A DNA stretch of 63,284 nucleotides, counting the filler, from Folioceros fuciformis (taxonomy: Eukaryota): the NCBI GenBank assembly GCA_049999805.1. It is 4 parts of 2 records of this genome, joined end to end, with 100 filler letters (N's around TTAATTAATTAA, not from the genome) between each part and the next. Parts side by side here need not be neighbours in the genome. Positions count along the whole stretch, not along the records: positions 41,100 to 60,771 come from JBNGIO010006379.1; positions 60,872 to 63,284 come from JBNGIO010006395.1; 2 more parts are not named here. One strand, 5' to 3'. Made by a program: the position numbers and the translations under genes. This document shows, in pieces, positions 59,701 to 63,284 of this stretch; positions within the stretch are counted from its first letter, which is position 1; each line of letters begins with the position of its first letter. The notes beneath the pieces were generated by a model that ran no database searches, was not told the origin of the DNA, and saw nothing but the letters and a program-made list of their open reading frames with translations.

Positions 59701-60871
59701 GTGGGTACTACATACCAAGGCTAAGTAAATTTTCATCACGTCGGGTGCATATAGGAGATGTTGCATGGTATGTACGTACTACCTACCCCTGTGCAGAGTG
59801 TAGAGAAAGACATTGTCTCCATCCTCCTCCACGACGTGTGGGATCCTTGAGGATAAGGAGGAGGTTCTCCACTTGAGGAGCAAACGCTTCCAAGTTCTGC
59901 AAATCTTTGGCCCATTGCATGGCAATCTTTGTGGCCCCCACAGCCTCTTGTGCGATAGCTGAGCAAGGTGCAGGAGCTCACAGGTTGGGACTCGGCATGT
60001 TCGTTCCGCAACCTCAGACGAAGGCAGTTGGTTCAGTTTAGGAGACTGGCACTGAAACGGCCGGAAAGGAACGTCCCGCCTCTGGACGAGACATACAGTA
60101 CCTCGTGGACTGTGTGCTTTGTGTTGCCTAGACAAGTGTCCAGGTCCAGGTCGAAGAGGAGATGGCACGGCTGGATGGAGGAGTGCGAGATCGCACGGCA
60201 CTGGACGGCATCCGCACGGAAGCATGGCACGGGACAGCGGGGTGTGTGTGAGTTCCCGCCGTCTCGTACTGCAGAGTAATGCAGAGGAGTCTGTGAGCCT
60301 AGGGTGCCGCCGTGTAATAGGCTTTGGAAAAGAAGGGAGCTGAGCTGACCTGAACTGAGCTGTGAGCCTCGTGGAGGCGACAGGCACCTGGGAGTCTGCA
60401 TGTGTCCATCGTGGAACACTGGAACGCTGAACTCCGGTTATGCTCAACTTGCCAGCCTCTAGTGTATGTCGTCGTGATTTGAAAACCAGGATGGAGGTGG
60501 TAGACGAAGGGGAAGCGCGCACGCCAGTGGAGACAGGCAGCCATGACGAGGACCCAGGTCAGCCTCGGGTGCCGGGCCCCTGGCTCTGGATGGGCCGGAA
60601 GTTGGCACAGCCTAATTACAGCCGGTGTCGATAGAGCCTCCCCCTCTGCGAGACAAAACAGGTGATGAGATGCAAACACACAGCCTCGCAGCACCGGAGG
60701 TGGCAACTCTGCCGCGGATGCACTTTTGGCTCTTCTTTTCTACCGATCTTCCCGCATCAAGTACATTCGCTNNNNNNNNNNNNNNNNNNNNNNNNNNNNN
60801 NNNNNNNNNNNNNNNTTAATTAATTAANNNNNNNNNNNNNNNNNNNNNNNNNNNNNNNNNNNNNNNNNNNN

Positions 60872-63284
60872 TGGCAGCCCAAGGTTACATTGTTATCACA
60901 AATCCTCAACCCCCTCGCAAAAAGCACATATCCTCAACCCCCTCTAAGAAAGGGGAGGAGAGACAACAAGGTCTAAATAGGGCTTTCTACTTCCACTGCA
61001 ACCGAACCTCCCTCCCTCTGCGAGAAGTGGTCTAGTGTGAGTACTTAAGTAGGAGTTTATGGACCATGCAAAAGAGCCTGTTTAGTAGTAACATGGGTAA
61101 GCATGCAGCCCCTAGAGAGTGAGGAGTAGTTAGCTTAGAGTTTAACTAAGTAGTGGCTAAGATTGTAACTAGAGCCCAAGTATAAAAAGAAACCTAGCCT
61201 ACAGCTAAGCCAAGACTTGTGTGTAGACTTGTGAGCCCTTGTTCAAGAAGTGTGTCTTGTACACAAGGTTCACTGATTAGATCGAAGTTGAGTTAGGGTG
61301 CTACTGGTGCGTCCTGTGATGAATCTGTCTTATGGCCTTGTCGAGTGTGCTGGTCTCTCCTATGGCCGTGTCTAACTTGTGTGTTGGGTCTGCAAGTGGC
61401 AGGGACGCAATACTTGAAAGCTGGGGGCTTGATAAGGGTTGTAGTTGTGCTTCTATCATCATCTTGATTTGAAACTGACTGAGGTGCATGCCCATGAATA
61501 GACGTAGACACTGGTGGCAGCATATTGTGGCTAGATATGGCATGGAGATGAGACTTCAAAATGTAGGTCTCATTGAAACTTACACTTCTGGCAATCGTCA
61601 ATTCTTTTGTTAAAGGGTTATATAGTTTGTATCCCTTAACAATATTTGAGTATCCTACAAAGATATGCTTGGTGGCCTTGTTGTCCATTTTGCATCTTTT
61701 GTCCTCAGGTACAAAAGCATAGGTTGAGGCGCCAAACGTCCTAAGATGGCTGATCCGGGGCTTGTTGCCAGTCTACCTTTGATAGGGAGTGGTATCATAG
61801 AGTGGTTTCAGAGGCAATTTGTTGGCCATATAATTGACTGAATCTATTGCTTCAGCCCAATATCCTGCAGCTGTAAGAGTTGCCCTTGTCCTTTCCTGAA
61901 TTGTCCTCTTATATCTTTCAGCGTAGGGATTTGTGGTGGATGGTAGGGGACAGTGAGCTGATGTATGATCCCCTTTTGTTTGCAGAAAGTTGTGAATTCT
62001 GCACTCATCCTTGGCGTTGTCACTACGCAGCCGTTTAATAACATGTCTTGTTTGTGCTTTTGCCATAGCTCCATGTTTAGTAAACTTGGAAAAAGTCTGC
62101 TGGCGACTATGTAGGAAATATAGGTGGTAGTAGTGACTCCATTCATCTAGGAAGGAGAGAAAATAGATTGCTCCGCCAAAGAGTCAGTTGACATTGGTCC
62201 ACATATATCTGAATCGACTACTTCCAACAATTGTGTAGCCCTAGTAGGAGATGGATCATTATAAGGTTATTGAGAGAGCTTGCGGAATTGGCAGCTCTCA
62301 CAAAACAAGTTGGCATCAGCTTTAAAAGTAAGTCCATCCTTATATAGGTTTGGATGCCNNNNNNNNNNGGCATCAGCTTTAAAAGTAAGTCCATCCTTAT
62401 ATAGGTTTGGATGCCTAAGAACTTGCTGTAGGTATCCATGGCTAGGATATCATGGAAAGTTGTGCTAACTCCAGGTTTAGCGTCCGAAACAAAGGCATGT
62501 TTCTTCACCATGTGTGTTAGTGGTTGGTGTGATTTGGAGACTGTATAGGTCATGGTAGGGGACTCCTGAAGCTTTGGAGACTGTATAGGTCATGGTAGGG
62601 GACTCCTAAAGCTAAGACTTTAGCTTATTGTCATGAGCAGGAGTCACAAAACATGACTTAGGTGTAAAGGTAATTTGCAAATTGTGATATGAAGCTGGCT
62701 TGTGAATCAAAAGTAAATTTTTGGTCATCTTTGGGACATGTAGAACACCTTGTAAAGTGATCTTGTGACCATGATTGAGTTGCAATCTAACATCTCCAGC
62801 CCCATAGATAGCAAGTCCATTATCATCCCCTAAGAGGACAAATTGACTGGTAGTTGTTGTACTGTAGGTGATAAACATATCGCGGGACTGACAAATATGG
62901 TTAGTAGCCCCAAAATCCAGAAACCACACCTACCTGCCTTGGTTAGTGAGAGGCAGATGGTTAGTGAGAGGCAGACAGCCAAAATGGCTGGTGTTTTTGA
63001 ATTGCTGTTATTTGGTGTTTTTGAATTGCTGTTATNNNNNNNNNNTTTTTGAATTGCTGTTATTTGGTGTTTTTGAATTGCTGTTATTTGGTCTAACAAC
63101 AACATTTGTTTCTGCTGCAGGGCGTCTAGGTTCCCCTACAAGTTTCTTCCGGCACTCATATTCAAAATGACCCGGAATACGACACAAGTTGCAAGGGCCC
63201 TTAACCTTACGTGGTGCGGTTGAGGTACTGCCAGGTCCTGAATAAGGACGTCATGGATTAGGATAAGGTTTGTATCCTCCACGG
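60872..63284 (-). mobile_element. Second decayed Ty1/copia element (gag knuckle, protease, integrase), continues beyond window
   Basis: KGPCNLCRIPGHFEYECRKK..GEPRR, WFLDFGATNHIC, VLHVPKMTKNLL, IKRLRSDNA, YWAEA, FVGYSNIVKGYKLYNP; many stops and frameshifts; 18-, 24- and 39-bp tandem duplications. Confidence 0.92.

Noticed and set aside
62312-62415. Perfect duplication flanking a 10-N gap
   Set aside because: Likely unmerged contig overlap.

Overview
Nuclear DNA of a land plant. Compact genes with ~80-150 nt GT-AG introns and GC-rich 5' ends suggest a non-seed plant, possibly a hornwort (inference only). It is a draft scaffold with N gaps and three artificial TTAATTAATTAA linkers. In order: a repeat-coding orphan ORF; a complete but decayed Ty1/copia element (2202-12592, TSD ATGTT, TA..CA LTRs) with a 3.7-kb TG..CA insertion in its integrase (TSD GCCTG) that has no gag/pol and one ~825-codon decayed frame; then a gene-dense block (TCX/TSO1-like CXC, F-box, plastid RimP-like, plastid-targeted low-complexity ORF, SGS3-like XS-domain, matrin-type Zn finger, ATL RING-H2, RLP44-like, STE20/MAP4K kinase). 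PIF/Harbinger and CRE-like relics and a second copia at the right end are also present. The two best leads are the ORF-bearing putative solo LTR and a pair of duplicated 52-nt kinase exons 33 nt apart with the geometry of mutually exclusive splicing. Exon boundaries and family calls were read by eye, without database searches.
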